Part shown: piece after piece, positions 38,934 through 50,562 of the stretch
Layout: every line of letters starts with the position of its first letter
Numbering within the stretch: the stretch's first letter is position 1
Assembly (NCBI GenBank): GCA_963784665.1
Contig: CAWASA010000017.1
Span: 61,114 to 125,113 of the forward strand
DNA length: 64,000 nt
From: an uncultured Actinomycetota bacterium
GTDB taxonomy: Bacteria > Actinomycetota > Actinomycetes > Mycobacteriales > Mycobacteriaceae
Direction: 5' to 3'
Notes under the pieces: generated by a model
Database searches by the model: none
Told to the model about the DNA's origin: nothing
Seen by the model: only the letters and a program-made list of their open reading frames with translations
Translations under genes and position numbers: made by a program

Positions 38934-39569
38934 GTGAGCAGCCACCCCGCGAATCCGGAGCCGGGCATACGACGGCGTGGCGATAAACAGCGCCAAGCGA
39001 TCCTGCAAGCGGTGCGTGAACTGCTGCAGGAGAAGCCATTTGCGGAACTGTCAGTCAGCACCATCAGCCTCCGAGCCGGGGTGGCCAGATCCGGTTTCTA
39101 CTTTTACTTCGACTCCAAGTACGCGGTGCTGGCCCAGCTCCTGGCCGAGGCCGCGGAAGAGCTCGAAGAGCTCACGCAGTATTTCGCCCCCCGCCAGCCG
39201 GGCGAGTCGCCAGAGCAGTTCGCCAAGCGGATGGTCGGCAGCGCCGCGGCTGTCTACGCGCACAACGACCCGGTGATGACCGCCTGCAACGAGGCCCGTC
39301 ACACCGACATGGAGATCGGCAACATCCTCGATCAGCAGTTCGAGGTGGTGCTGCGCCAGATCGTTGCCATCGTCGAGGCCGAGATGAAGGCCGGAACCGC
39401 GCACCCGATAAGCGACGACCTCCCCACACTGATTCGTACCCTGGCGGGCACCACCGCGCTGATGCTGACCGGCGACCCCGTCCTGGTCGGCCCCGACGGT
39501 GATCGGGAGCGCCGCGTGCGGGTGCTCGAGCAGTTGTGGCTGCACGCGCTCTGGGGCGGGCGTCCGTAG
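38934..39569 (+). CDS. TetR regulator (Rv3058c ortholog)
   Basis: SVSTISLRAGVARSGFYFYFDSK. Confidence 0.9.
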   Translation: MSSHPANPEPGIRRRGDKQRQAILQAVRELLQEKPFAELSVSTISLRAGVARSGFYFYFDSKYAVLAQLLAEAAEELEELTQYFAPRQPGESPEQFAKRMVGSAAAVYAHNDPVMTACNEARHTDMEIGNILDQQFEVVLRQIVAIVEAEMKAGTAHPISDDLPTLIRTLAGTTALMLTGDPVLVGPDGDRERRVRVLEQLWLHALWGGRP

Positions 39570-39600
39570 GCAACTCGTAACCGCCGGTATCGTCACGGCC

Positions 39601-40506
39601 ATGGCGCAGAGGGCATCCGGGCGGTATTTCGCAGGGAAGCGGTGCTTTGTCACCGGCGCGGCCAGCGGCATAGGCCGCGCCACCGCGCTGCGGCTGGCCG
39701 CCCACGGTGCCGAGCTCTATCTGACTGACCGCGACCGGGACGGTCTCGAGCTAACCGTGGCCGACGCCCGCGCGCTGGGCGCACAGGTACCTGAGCATCG
39801 GGCTCTGGATATCGCCGACTATCAGCAGGTGGCGGCGTTCGCCGCCGATATTCATGGCAAACATCCGAGCATGGATGTCGTGCTGAACATCGCCGGGGTG
39901 GCGGCCTGGGGCACCGTCGACCGGCTGACCCATGAGCAGTGGAGCAAGATGATCGCGATCAACCTGATGGGTCCGATCCACGTCATCGAGACGTTCGTCC
40001 CGCCGATGGTGGCTGCCGGCCGGGGTGGGCATTTGGCCAATGTGTCGTCGGCGGCCGGGCTGGTCGCGCTGCCGTGGCATGCCGCCTACAGCGCCAGCAA
40101 GTACGGATTACGCGGCCTGTCGGAGGTGCTGCGCTTCGACCTGGCCCGGCACCGCATCGGGGTGTCGGTCGTGGTTCCGGGCGCGGTGAAGACCCCGCTG
40201 GTCAACACCGTCGAGATCGCCGGCGTGGATCGTGAGGACCCCAGGGTCGCCCGCTGGATAAACCGCTTCACCGGTCATGCGGTGTCACCGGAAAAGGCAG
40301 CCGAGAAAATTTTGTCCGGAGTCGCAAAGAACCGGTACCTGATCTACACGTCGGCCGACATCTGGGCGCTGTACGCGTTCAAACGGCTGGCGTGGTGGCC
40401 TTACAGCGTGGCGATGCGCCAGGTCAACCTGGTATTCACGCGCGCACTTCGGCCCAGCCCGGTGCAACTAGTCCGGCATGGCCAGTTCGAGGCGCACCCC
40501 GAGTAA
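39601..40506 (+). CDS. SDR oxidoreductase (Rv3057c ortholog)
   Basis: TGAASGIG, YSASK. Confidence 0.9.
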   Translation: MAQRASGRYFAGKRCFVTGAASGIGRATALRLAAHGAELYLTDRDRDGLELTVADARALGAQVPEHRALDIADYQQVAAFAADIHGKHPSMDVVLNIAGVAAWGTVDRLTHEQWSKMIAINLMGPIHVIETFVPPMVAAGRGGHLANVSSAAGLVALPWHAAYSASKYGLRGLSEVLRFDLARHRIGVSVVVPGAVKTPLVNTVEIAGVDREDPRVARWINRFTGHAVSPEKAAEKILSGVAKNRYLIYTSADIWALYAFKRLAWWPYSVAMRQVNLVFTRALRPSPVQLVRHGQFEAHPE

Positions 40507-41538
40507 CCGGACCGGCCGGTCGAGCTCGAACAGGTCCAGGACGCGCAGGGCGGTAGCGACGATGGTGTCGCGAGCGGTGGTGGGCGCATCCAGCTTGCGA
40601 ATCTTGGTGCGGGTGTAGAACGTAGCGGTTCGCACGGTAACCGCCACCCGGGTAACGATCCGCCCCGACACCAACACGTCGGCCAATACTTGCTGGGCCA
40701 ATTCTGTTACTGCCGAATTCATTTCGACTCGGTCGGTGAGGTCGCGCGGAAAGGTGATGACGTGGCTGCGCGAGCGCGGAATCCATGGCTCGGCACTGAC
40801 GTGGGTGTCACCGCCGCCCTTGGCGAGCAGCAGCAGCCACAGACCGGTGCGCGGGCCGAATGTGGCCGTCAGCAGCTCCGCGTCGGTGTGGGCGAGTTCC
40901 CATACCGTGGTAATCCTCAGGACCGCAAGCTTTTTGGCTGTCTTGGGACCCACGCCCCACAGTGCGTCGACCGGACGGTCACCCATCAGCGTCATCCAGT
41001 TCGCATCGGTGAGCACACAGATGCCGGCTGGTTTCGCGAAGCCGGTGGCGACCTTGGCGCGCTGCTTGTTGTCGCTGATTCCCACCGAGCAGGACAGCCC
41101 GGTTTCCGACGAGATGACGGTGCGGATCTGTTCTGCGAGATCGATGGGATCCTCCGCCGTCACCGCGACATAGGCCTCGTCCCAGCCCCACACTTCGATC
41201 GGGTGTCCCAAGTCGCGCAACAACCCCATCACGTGTTCGGACGCCGCGTCATAGGCCGCCGGATCCGAGGGCAAGAACGTCGCGCCGGGGCAGCGGCGGG
41301 CGGCGGCCCGTAACGGCATGCCGGCGTGTACACCGAATTCGCGAGCCTCATACGACGCACAGGTGACGACTTTGCGCGGCTCGGTTGGATCACCGCTGCC
41401 CCCGACAATGACCGGCATCCCAGCCAGTTCAGGGTGACGGCGCAATTCCACCGATGCCAAAAATTGGTCGAGGTCGACATGCAGGACCCAGCTCGGTGTG
41501 GACGGGCTCGGGCATGGGCGGGATTCGTCACCTTCCAC
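40468..41538 (-). CDS. dinP: DNA polymerase IV (DinB2)
   Basis: LHVDLDQFLASVE, CASYEAREFGV, WDEAY, LWGVGPKT; start uncertain. Confidence 0.92.
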   Translation of the reverse strand: MEGDESRPCPSPSTPSWVLHVDLDQFLASVELRRHPELAGMPVIVGGSGDPTEPRKVVTCASYEAREFGVHAGMPLRAAARRCPGATFLPSDPAAYDAASEHVMGLLRDLGHPIEVWGWDEAYVAVTAEDPIDLAEQIRTVISSETGLSCSVGISDNKQRAKVATGFAKPAGICVLTDANWMTLMGDRPVDALWGVGPKTAKKLAVLRITTVWELAHTDAELLTATFGPRTGLWLLLLAKGGGDTHVSAEPWIPRSRSHVITFPRDLTDRVEMNSAVTELAQQVLADVLVSGRIVTRVAVTVRTATFYTRTKIRKLDAPTTARDTIVATALRVLDLFELDRPVRLLGVRLELAMPD

Positions 41539-42142
41539 ACAGCTTGCGCGCCAGGCTTTCCCAGGCATCGCCCAATGTCTGCAGAGTGTGGCCGCCTTCG
41601 CCGAGTTGATGCTCGACGTAATCGACGTCGAGCAGTGCCAGCAGCGCGTCGATCTGGGCATCGAGGTCACCGGTGGTATGTGCCGCCTGCAGCAGCACCC
41701 GTACGTGCGTGCGTTGCACCATGGCCGGCGCGTTGTAACGACTCTGCGGATCGCGGTTGACCGCCGACAGCAGCTCGTGGTGGGCATGGACGAAGCCGAT
41801 CCGCTCGCGGCCGAACGCCACCAGCCGATCCAGCGGTGGCGCGTCGGGGCCCAGTGGTGGCGGACCGAACAGAAATGCTTGCTGGCTGACTCGTTCATCC
41901 TCGTCGAGCAACACCATCATCAGGCCGGCCCGGCTGCCGAAGCGCCGGAACAACGTGCCTTTGCCGAGTCCCGCGGCCGCGGCGATGTCGTCCATGGTCA
42001 CGGCGTCGGCGCCGCGTTCGGCGACCAGGCGACGGGCCGCGTCCAGTAGGAGGGCGCGATTGCGCGCCGCGTCCCCCCGCTCTTGGTGGGCCACTTGTGG
42101 GGCGCACACAGGCAACTCGCCCAGTCGCTCGGCACCGCTCAC
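41528..42142 (-). CDS. TetR regulator (Rv3055 ortholog)
   Basis: RGDAARNR...TMDDIAAAAGLGKGTLFRRFGSR. Confidence 0.9.
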   Translation of the reverse strand: MSGAERLGELPVCAPQVAHQERGDAARNRALLLDAARRLVAERGADAVTMDDIAAAAGLGKGTLFRRFGSRAGLMMVLLDEDERVSQQAFLFGPPPLGPDAPPLDRLVAFGRERIGFVHAHHELLSAVNRDPQSRYNAPAMVQRTHVRVLLQAAHTTGDLDAQIDALLALLDVDYVEHQLGEGGHTLQTLGDAWESLARKLCGR

Positions 42143-42167
42143 ACCTGCACTCTAACGTGGATGGAAT

Positions 42168-42189
42168 AAAGCGGACCATAGTCCGGTTT
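42168..42189. promoter_or_regulatory. TetR operator palindrome
   Basis: AAAGCGGAC-CATA-GTCCGGTTT (1 mismatch) between divergent genes. Confidence 0.65.
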
Positions 42190-42232
42190 TGGAGTGGGAA
42201 GATGTAGACCAACAACCGAAGGGAATTGAACG

Positions 42233-42796
42233 GTGCCAGAGAACATCAAGGTTTTGGCGTTGGTGGGAAGCCTGCGTGCGGCGTCGGTCAACCGCAAGAT
42301 CGCCGAACTGGCGGCGACGGTTGCTCCAGAGGGCATCACTGTCACGCTGTTCGAAGGGCTGGGAGAGCTGCCGTTCTACAACGAGGAAATCGACCCGGCG
42401 GTAAACAGTGACGTGCAGCGTGAGCCCGCCACGGTAACCGCGCTGCGTGCCGCAGCCTCCGACGCGGATGCCGCGCTGGTGGTCACCCCGGAATACAACG
42501 GCAGCATTCCGGCGGTCGTCAAGAACGCGATCGACTGGCTATCTCGCCCCTTCGGCAATGGCGCGTTGAAGGACAAGCCGTTGGCGGTCATCGGCGGGTC
42601 CCTGGGCCGGTACGGCGGGGTTTGGGCACACGACGAGACCCGCAAGTCATTCGGAATCGCCGGTGCACGGGTGGTCGAGACCATCAAACTGTCGGTGCCG
42701 TTCCTAACCCTGGAGGGCAAGGCTCCCGCGGAGCACGCCGAGCTCTCGGAGAATGTGCGTGACATCGTCGGCAAGCTCGCCGCCGAGATCAGCTGA
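42233..42796 (+). CDS. NADPH-dependent FMN reductase (Rv3054c ortholog)
   Basis: GSLRAASVN, VTPEYNGSIPAVVKNAIDWLSR. Confidence 0.92.
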   Translation: MPENIKVLALVGSLRAASVNRKIAELAATVAPEGITVTLFEGLGELPFYNEEIDPAVNSDVQREPATVTALRAAASDADAALVVTPEYNGSIPAVVKNAIDWLSRPFGNGALKDKPLAVIGGSLGRYGGVWAHDETRKSFGIAGARVVETIKLSVPFLTLEGKAPAEHAELSENVRDIVGKLAAEIS

Positions 42797-42857
42797 ATTT
42801 GGCGGTACCTAACAAGCCGCTCATCGACGACCAGCCACTTCGTCAGAAGTGAATAGC

Positions 42858-42887
42858 CAAAGCCGCCAGCCGCTGCTGGCGGCTTTG
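42858..42887 (+). terminator. Intrinsic terminator-like hairpin
   Basis: Perfect 13-bp stem CAAAGCCGCCAGC-cgct-GCTGGCGGCTTTG. Confidence 0.65.
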
Positions 42888-43041
42888 CTAGCTGTGGGCA
42901 GGTCCACCGCTGGCGGCGGCGCTGTCGGTGGTCGGTGATATACCGATGGGCATAGGAGCCTCCGGCACAGTGTGTGATCTGCGACACGCCGAGCGGGCGT
43001 CTAGGACAGCGCTTACGACCAGGGAATTTCAGAAATGTTAT

Positions 43042-43089
43042 TCAGAAGATGTTGTATCTCGAGATCTCGTCAGCCACTAGGTGTAGTGT
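43042..43089 (+). promoter_or_regulatory. Tandem NrdR boxes upstream of nrdHIE
   Basis: TCAGAAGATGTTGTAT and CCACTAGGTGTAGTGT, about 32 bp apart; consensus acaCwAtATaTwGtgt. Confidence 0.7.
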
Positions 43090-43302
43090 TTCGAGGACCG
43101 GCAGATCCCAGGATCACCAAGCCAGGCGGGCCTGGTGAACCTCCCGGAATCGGCTTGAAGATGTCGAACGCCAGGCCGTTCGACCTGACAGCCGCACAAC
43201 GGGAATCTGGGGGCTTGACGGACCGCTGAACGTAGCGAAGACGCAGTACCCAAGCAGTTGCCAGTCGGTAAGTTTTCCACTTCCGCAAAGGAGCGGCATT
43301 CC

Positions 43303-43542
43303 ATGAGCATCACCGTGTACACCAAGCCGGCATGTGTGCAGTGCAGCGCCACCTACAAGGCTTTGGACAAGCAGGGCATCGCCTATGAGAAGGTCGACAT
43401 CACGCTGGACTCCGAGGCGCGTGACTACGTGATGGCGCTGGGCTATCTACAGGCCCCGGTGGTGGTGGCAGGAAACGACCACTGGTCGGGTTTCCGGCCC
43501 GATCGCATCAAGGGGCTCGCCGGTGCCGAGCTGAGCGCGTAG
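43303..43542 (+). CDS. nrdH: Glutaredoxin-like NrdH
   Basis: CVQC and WSGFRP; SD AAGGAG. Confidence 0.97.
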   Translation: MSITVYTKPACVQCSATYKALDKQGIAYEKVDITLDSEARDYVMALGYLQAPVVVAGNDHWSGFRPDRIKGLAGAELSA

Positions 43543-43571
43543 CGCAGCGGACGATAAGTAAGGAAGTTGCG

Positions 43572-44030
43572 GTGCAGTCGCGCAGCCTGGTCTATTTCTC
43601 CAGCGTGTCGGAGAACACCCACCGCTTCGTGCAGAAGCTGGGTGTTCCCGCCACGCGGATACCGCTGCATGGCCGTATCGAGGTCGACGAGCCGTACGTT
43701 CTGGTACTGCCCACCTACGGCGGCGGCCGGGCTAACCCAGACCTCAATGCCGGTGGCTACGTCCCCAAACAAGTCGTCGCCTTTTTGAACAACGAGCAAA
43801 ACCGGTCGTTGATCCGCGGCGTCATCGCGGCAGGCAACAACAACTTCGGCGCCGAATTCGCCTATGCGGGCAATGTGGTCTCGCGCAAATGCGGCGTTCC
43901 CTACCTTTACCGCTTCGAACTGATGGGAACCCCGGACGACGTGGATGCCGTCCGCACGGGCTTAGCCAATTTCTGGGCTGACTTCTGGAAGGAACAGACG
44001 TGCCACCAACCGTCACTGCAGAGCCTGTAA
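43572..44030 (+). CDS. nrdI: Flavodoxin NrdI
   Basis: [30 protein letters not shown]. Confidence 0.97.
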   Translation: MQSRSLVYFSSVSENTHRFVQKLGVPATRIPLHGRIEVDEPYVLVLPTYGGGRANPDLNAGGYVPKQVVAFLNNEQNRSLIRGVIAAGNNNFGAEFAYAGNVVSRKCGVPYLYRFELMGTPDDVDAVRTGLANFWADFWKEQTCHQPSLQSL

Positions 44031-46177
44031 CCTCCGGCGCGCACTCCCATTTTTCCGGGGGCCCGGCCGAACTTGATTACCATGCGCTGAACGCGATGCT
44101 GAATCTGTACGACGCAGACGGCAAAATCCAGTTCGACAAGGACGTGCTCGCGGCGCGCGAGTACTTCCTGCAGCACGTCAACCAGAACACGGTGTTCTTC
44201 CACAATCAGGACGAGAAGCTCGACTACCTGATCCGCGAGAACTACTACGAGCGTGAGGTTCTCGACCAGTATTCGCGCAACTTCGTCAAGACGCTGTTAG
44301 ACCGTGCCTACGCCAAGAAGTTCCGGTTCCCGACGTTCCTCGGCGCGTTCAAGTACTACACCTCCTACACGCTGAAGACGTTTGACGGGAAGCGCTACCT
44401 GGAGCGCTTCGAGGACCGCGTCTGCATGGTCGCGCTCACGTTGGCGGACGGCGACACCGGACTGGCTGAGAGGCTGGTCGACGAGATCATCGACGGCCGG
44501 TTCCAGCCGGCCACCCCGACATTTTTGAACTCGGGCAAAAAGCAGCGCGGCGAACCGGTGAGCTGCTTCTTGCTGCGCATCGAGGACAACATGGAGTCGA
44601 TCGGGCGGTCGATCAACTCCGCACTGCAGCTGTCCAAGCGGGGCGGGGGAGTTGCGCTGCTGCTGAGCAACATTCGCGAGCACGGTGCACCGATCAAGAA
44701 CATCGAGAACCAGTCCTCGGGTGTCATCCCGATCATGAAGCTGCTCGAGGATTCGTTCTCCTATGCCAATCAGCTGGGGGCGCGCCAAGGCGCCGGTGCG
44801 GTGTATCTGAACGCTCACCACCCCGACATCTACCGCTTCCTGGACACCAAGCGGGAGAACGCCGACGAGAAGATCCGGATCAAGACTCTCAGCCTTGGCG
44901 TGGTGATTCCCGACATCACCTTCGAGCTGGCCAAGAAGAACGAGGACATGTACCTGTTCTCGCCCTACGACGTCGAGCGGGTCTACGGCGTGCCGTTCGC
45001 CGACATCTCGGTGACCGAGAAGTACTACGAGATGGTCGACGACGCGCGCATCCGCAAGACCAAGATCAAGGCGCGGGAGTTCTTCCAGACGCTGGCCGAG
45101 CTGCAGTTCGAGTCCGGCTACCCGTACATCATGTTCGAAGACACGGTGAATCGAGCCAATCCGATCGAGGGCAAGATCACTCACTCCAACCTGTGCTCGG
45201 AAATCCTGCAGGTGTCCACACCGTCGCTCTTCAACGAAGACTTGTCGTATGCCAAAGTGGGCAAAGACATTTCGTGCAACCTGGGTTCGTTGAACATCGC
45301 CAAGACGATGGACTCGCCGGACTTCGCCCAGACAATCGAGGTGGCGATCCGCGGGCTGACGGCGGTGAGCGACCAGACGCGCATCACCTCGGTGCCCTCA
45401 ATCGAGCAGGGCAACAACGACTCTCACGCGATCGGGCTCGGGCAGATGAACCTGCACGGCTACCTGGCCCGTGAGAGCATCTTCTACGGTTCCGAAGAAG
45501 GCATCGACTTCACCAACATCTACTTCTACACGGTGCTCTACCACGCGCTGCGGGCCTCCAACCGCATCGCGATCGAACGCGGTACGCATTTCAAGGGTTT
45601 CGAGCGGTCCAAGTACGCGTCGGGGGAGTTCTTCGACAAGTACACCGAGCAGGCTTGGGAGCCGGCGACCGAGAAGGTGCGACAGCTTTTCGCCGATGCA
45701 AAGATCCGCATCCCAACCCAGGACGACTGGCGACGGCTCAAGGACTCGGTGCAAACACACGGCATCTACAACCAGAACCTGCAGGCGGTGCCGCCGACCG
45801 GGTCGATCTCCTACATCAACCACTCGACGTCGTCGATCCACCCGATCGTGTCCAAGGTCGAGATCCGCAAGGAAGGCAAGATTGGTCGCGTCTACTACCC
45901 GGCGCCCTACATGACCAACGACAACCTGGAGTACTACCAGGACGCTTACGAGATCGGTTACGAGAAGATCATCGACACCTACGCCGCGGCCACCCAGCAC
46001 GTGGACCAAGGGCTTTCGCTGACATTGTTCTTCAAGGACACGGCCACCACCCGCGACGTGAACAAGGCGCAGATCTACGCCTGGCGCAAGGGAATCAAGA
46101 CGCTGTACTACATCCGGCTGCGCCAAATGGCGCTCGAGGGAACCGAGGTCGAAGGCTGCGTGTCCTGCATGCTGTGA
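44000..46177 (+). CDS. nrdE: Class Ib ribonucleotide reductase alpha subunit
   Basis: ATPTFLN, VSCFL, SNLCSE, KTLYY, C-terminal CVSC. Confidence 0.98.
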   Translation: MPPTVTAEPVTSGAHSHFSGGPAELDYHALNAMLNLYDADGKIQFDKDVLAAREYFLQHVNQNTVFFHNQDEKLDYLIRENYYEREVLDQYSRNFVKTLLDRAYAKKFRFPTFLGAFKYYTSYTLKTFDGKRYLERFEDRVCMVALTLADGDTGLAERLVDEIIDGRFQPATPTFLNSGKKQRGEPVSCFLLRIEDNMESIGRSINSALQLSKRGGGVALLLSNIREHGAPIKNIENQSSGVIPIMKLLEDSFSYANQLGARQGAGAVYLNAHHPDIYRFLDTKRENADEKIRIKTLSLGVVIPDITFELAKKNEDMYLFSPYDVERVYGVPFADISVTEKYYEMVDDARIRKTKIKAREFFQTLAELQFESGYPYIMFEDTVNRANPIEGKITHSNLCSEILQVSTPSLFNEDLSYAKVGKDISCNLGSLNIAKTMDSPDFAQTIEVAIRGLTAVSDQTRITSVPSIEQGNNDSHAIGLGQMNLHGYLARESIFYGSEEGIDFTNIYFYTVLYHALRASNRIAIERGTHFKGFERSKYASGEFFDKYTEQAWEPATEKVRQLFADAKIRIPTQDDWRRLKDSVQTHGIYNQNLQAVPPTGSISYINHSTSSIHPIVSKVEIRKEGKIGRVYYPAPYMTNDNLEYYQDAYEIGYEKIIDTYAAATQHVDQGLSLTLFFKDTATTRDVNKAQIYAWRKGIKTLYYIRLRQMALEGTEVEGCVSCML

Positions 46178-46235
46178 ACGCTTGCGTCGAGCAGTCTGCC
46201 CAGGTCAGCGGCCGCAAAGGGGTATGGTGCTTGAC

Positions 46236-46976
46236 GTGGTGAGAATCCCGCGACCCCACCCCAGCGTCAAGCCCGGGGTGAAGGTCGACGCGCGCAGCGA
46301 ACGCTGGCGCGAACACCGCAAAAAGGTCCGCGGCGAAATAGTCGATGCGGCGTTCCGCGCCATCGATCGCCTGGGGCCCGAGTTGAGTGTGCGAGAGATC
46401 GCCGAAGAGGCCGGCACCGCCAAGCCGAAGATCTACCGGCATTTTCACGACAAGTCCGATCTGTTCCAGGCGATCGGGGAGCGTCTGCGCGACATGTTGT
46501 GGGCGGCGATCTTCCCGTCGATCGACCTGAAAACCGATTCGGCCCGCGAGGTGATCCGGCGCAGCGTCGAGGAGTACGTCACCCTCGTCGACAAGCATCC
46601 CAACGTGCTGCGAGTCTTCATCCAGGGCCGCTCCGCGGGTACCCCTCAGTCGACCGTCCAGATCCTCAACGAGGGCCGCGGGATCACCTTGGCCATGGCC
46701 GACATGTTCGACAACGAGCTGCGCGAGATGGAGCTCGACCACGCGGCGATCGAACTCGCCGCGCACGCGGCCTTCGGATCGGCGGCGTCGGCCACCGAGT
46801 GGTGGTTGGGTCCCGAACCCGACAGCCCGCGGCGCATGCCGCGCGAGCAGTTCGTCGCGCATCTGACGACCATCATGATGGGGGTCATCGTCGGTACCGC
46901 GGAGACGCTCGGCATTGCGATGGATCCTGACCGGCCCATCCACGACGTGGTGCCCAGCAAGCCCGCTGTGAGCTGA
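46236..46976 (+). CDS. TetR-family regulator (Rv3050c ortholog)
   Basis: SVREIAEEAGTAKPKIYRHF; TATGGT 7 nt upstream suggests a leaderless start. Confidence 0.9.
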   Translation: MVRIPRPHPSVKPGVKVDARSERWREHRKKVRGEIVDAAFRAIDRLGPELSVREIAEEAGTAKPKIYRHFHDKSDLFQAIGERLRDMLWAAIFPSIDLKTDSAREVIRRSVEEYVTLVDKHPNVLRVFIQGRSAGTPQSTVQILNEGRGITLAMADMFDNELREMELDHAAIELAAHAAFGSAASATEWWLGPEPDSPRRMPREQFVAHLTTIMMGVIVGTAETLGIAMDPDRPIHDVVPSKPAVS

Positions 46977-47130
46977 GCAACACGCGGCGTTGACATCGCC
47001 GCGACCATCGATAACACTCGTCCCAATCGATACCCTGGGTACCGGGTACCTGTGTCGGCCGGGTGCCGACGGCCGAAGATGCCAGCTAACGTCGACCTGA
47101 TACAGGCCTTGATAGAAAGACCGACCGACC

Positions 47131-48696
47131 GTGACCGATGTCGTGACACAAGCCGAGACCAACCTTGAGCCGGGGCCCGAGGCCCACCGACCGGTGCATA
47201 CTCGCGCCGTCATCATCGGGACGGGGTTCTCCGGTCTGGGGATGGCCATCAAGCTGCAGCAGCAGGGTGTGGACTTCGTCATCCTGGAGAAGGCCGATGA
47301 CATCGGCGGCACCTGGCGGGACAACAGTTACCCCGGCTGCGCCTGCGACATCCCGTCGCACCTGTACTCGTTTTCTTTCGAGCCCAAGCCGGACTGGAAG
47401 AACCTGTTCTCCTACCAGCAAGAGATCTGGGATTACCTCAAGGGCGTCACCGAGAAATACGGCCTGCGCCGCTATATCGTGTTCAACTCGCTGGTCGACC
47501 GCGGCCACTGGGACGACGACGAACACCGATGGCATGTGTTCACCACCGACGGGCGAGAGTACGTCGCCCAGTTCCTGATCTCGGGTGCCGGTGCATTGCA
47601 CATCCCGTCCGTCCCCGACATCGAAGGCCGCGACGAATTTCGTGGCCCCGCTTTCCATTCCGCGCAATGGGACCACACCGTCGACCTGACCGGCAAACGG
47701 GTGGCGGTGATCGGCACCGGCGCCAGCGCGATCCAGATCGTGCCCGAGATCGTCGGGCAGGTCGCCGAACTTCAGCTCTACCAACGCACTCCGGCGTGGG
47801 TGGTGCCGCGTACCAACGAAACACTCCCGCCGGCGCTGCGCCGCGCTCTGGAGAACATCCCCGGGCTGCGAGCTCTGCTGCGCCTCGGAATCTACTGGGC
47901 GCAGGAGGCATTGGCCTTCGGCATGACCAAGCGGCCGGACATGCTGAGGTTCATCGAGGCCTACGCCAAGTGGAACATTCGCCGCTCGATCAAGGATCGC
48001 GAGCTACGTCGCAAGCTGACCCCGCACTATCGCATCGGCTGCAAGCGAATTCTGAACTCCTCCACCTACTATGGCGCGATCGCGGACCCGAAGACCGAAC
48101 TGGTCACCGACCGGATCGCCCGGATCACGCCCAACGGGATCGTCACCGCCGACGGCATGCAGCGGCAGGTCGATGTGATCGTCTACGCCACCGGCTTTCA
48201 CGTGACCGACTCCTACACCTACGTCCAGATCAAGGGCCTGCACGGCGAGGACCTCGTGGACCGCTGGAACCGCGAGGGCATCGGCGCGCATCGCGGGATC
48301 ACCGTCGCCGACGTACCCAACCTTTTCTTCCTGCTGGGGCCCAACACCGGGTTGGGACACAACTCGGTGGTGTTCATGATCGAATCCCAGATCCACTACG
48401 TCGCCGACGCGATCGCAACCTGCGATCGGTTGGGCGCGCAGGCGCTGGCTCCGACGCGTGCCGCACAGGACAGCTTCAACGACGAGCTGCAACGCAAGCT
48501 GGCCCACTCGGTGTGGAACAGCGGCGGGTGTAGCAGCTGGTATCTCGACGAGCACGGCAGAAACACCGTGCTCTGGGGCGGTTACACCTGGCAGTATTGG
48601 AGGGCGACCCGCTCGGTCAAACCCGCCGAGTACCAGTTCTACGGAGTGGGCACCGGTGCATCTGCCGAGCCCGCGTCGCTGGCTGCAGCGAACTAG
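47131..48696 (+). CDS. Baeyer-Villiger monooxygenase (Rv3049c ortholog)
   Basis: GTGFSG, GGTWRDNSYPG, FRGPAFHSAQW fingerprint, GTGAS. Confidence 0.94.
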   Translation: MTDVVTQAETNLEPGPEAHRPVHTRAVIIGTGFSGLGMAIKLQQQGVDFVILEKADDIGGTWRDNSYPGCACDIPSHLYSFSFEPKPDWKNLFSYQQEIWDYLKGVTEKYGLRRYIVFNSLVDRGHWDDDEHRWHVFTTDGREYVAQFLISGAGALHIPSVPDIEGRDEFRGPAFHSAQWDHTVDLTGKRVAVIGTGASAIQIVPEIVGQVAELQLYQRTPAWVVPRTNETLPPALRRALENIPGLRALLRLGIYWAQEALAFGMTKRPDMLRFIEAYAKWNIRRSIKDRELRRKLTPHYRIGCKRILNSSTYYGAIADPKTELVTDRIARITPNGIVTADGMQRQVDVIVYATGFHVTDSYTYVQIKGLHGEDLVDRWNREGIGAHRGITVADVPNLFFLLGPNTGLGHNSVVFMIESQIHYVADAIATCDRLGAQALAPTRAAQDSFNDELQRKLAHSVWNSGGCSSWYLDEHGRNTVLWGGYTWQYWRATRSVKPAEYQFYGVGTGASAEPASLAAAN

Positions 48697-48721
48697 CCGG
48701 CCGGGACTGGACGACACGCGA

Positions 48722-48769
48722 ACACAACGTGTTGTGTTGCACCGGCTTGTCGTACCCCAGGGGTAGTGT
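48722..48769 (+). promoter_or_regulatory. Tandem NrdR boxes upstream of nrdF2
   Basis: ACACAACGTGTTGTGT and ACCCCAGGGGTAGTGT, 32 bp apart. Confidence 0.75.
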
Positions 48770-48805
48770 TTGAGTTCTGAGTACCGCAGGCAAACCGTCT
48801 GGTGA

Positions 48806-49792
<987 letters not shown>

Positions 49793-49804
49793 CACTCGGG
49801 TCGG

Positions 49805-50341
49805 CTAAACAGCCCTTCGTGTAGGCGGCGGCACCCAGGTTTGCAAGACTTTACGGCCGATCAATTGGCAGCCGTGAGTATGCGCCAATTGCTTTGCGGC
49901 AGTAGTGAATTCCTGGTTGCTCACCACAATGCTCCGCGTGCACCCATGGTGGCGTGAGCCGGAGACCACCTGCTGAACGGCCGCGACGCCGACCGATTTG
50001 CCGTAGCGCTTGCACTGGACCGCCACGCATTGGCCGTCCTTTTCGGCGATCAGGTCGACACCGTAGTCCCCGACCGGCGGGGTGAACCTGACCCGCCAGC
50101 CCGCCCGGCCCAAGCGTGCAGCGACATAGCCCTCAAATTCGACCCCGTCCATGGCGTCAATGGCCCTCATGGTGGTGTTGGCCCGCCCCCCGCGCGGCCA
50201 CCGACGTTTGGTTGACCACCCCACAAGCACCTCGAATAACAAGACCAAGTAAAAGGCCATAAAACCCGCACCGGGACTGTGGTCGATGACGCCGACGAAC
50301 AGCCCGAAGGCGAGTGGGATGACCAAGAGGGTCTTGCTCAT
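49805..50341 (-). CDS. Membrane-anchored Mrr-family endonuclease
   Basis: Two hydrophobic N-terminal segments; MDGVEFE...GDYGVDL...VQCKRY...FTTAAKQLA. Confidence 0.85.
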   Translation of the reverse strand: MSKTLLVIPLAFGLFVGVIDHSPGAGFMAFYLVLLFEVLVGWSTKRRWPRGGRANTTMRAIDAMDGVEFEGYVAARLGRAGWRVRFTPPVGDYGVDLIAEKDGQCVAVQCKRYGKSVGVAAVQQVVSGSRHHGCTRSIVVSNQEFTTAAKQLAHTHGCQLIGRKVLQTWVPPPTRRAV

Positions 50342-50562
50342 ACGAGGGCCGGCTCTCGCGCGCCTGGGAAACTCCTGTTGACGGCGGGAATTGCCGAGGA
50401 CACCCTGTGCACGCCTTGATGGTAGGTATGGGCAACGACAAGCCCGGTCGTCAGCGAGGACCGGGACTGGGACTTCTAAGCGGTGATGAACGGCATGTGA
50501 ATTGTGGGCATGGTGCGACGCCGCGGTGGCGCCGGTGATGCCGCTGCCATGACACTGTTGGG

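Noticed and set aside
40468-40506. 39-bp convergent overlap between the SDR and dinP
   Set aside because: Short tail-to-tail overlaps are common in mycobacteria
47029-47050. GATACCCTGGGTACCGGGTACC upstream of the BVMO
   Set aside because: Plausible TetR operator but short; GGGTAC lacks a correctly spaced SigF -35
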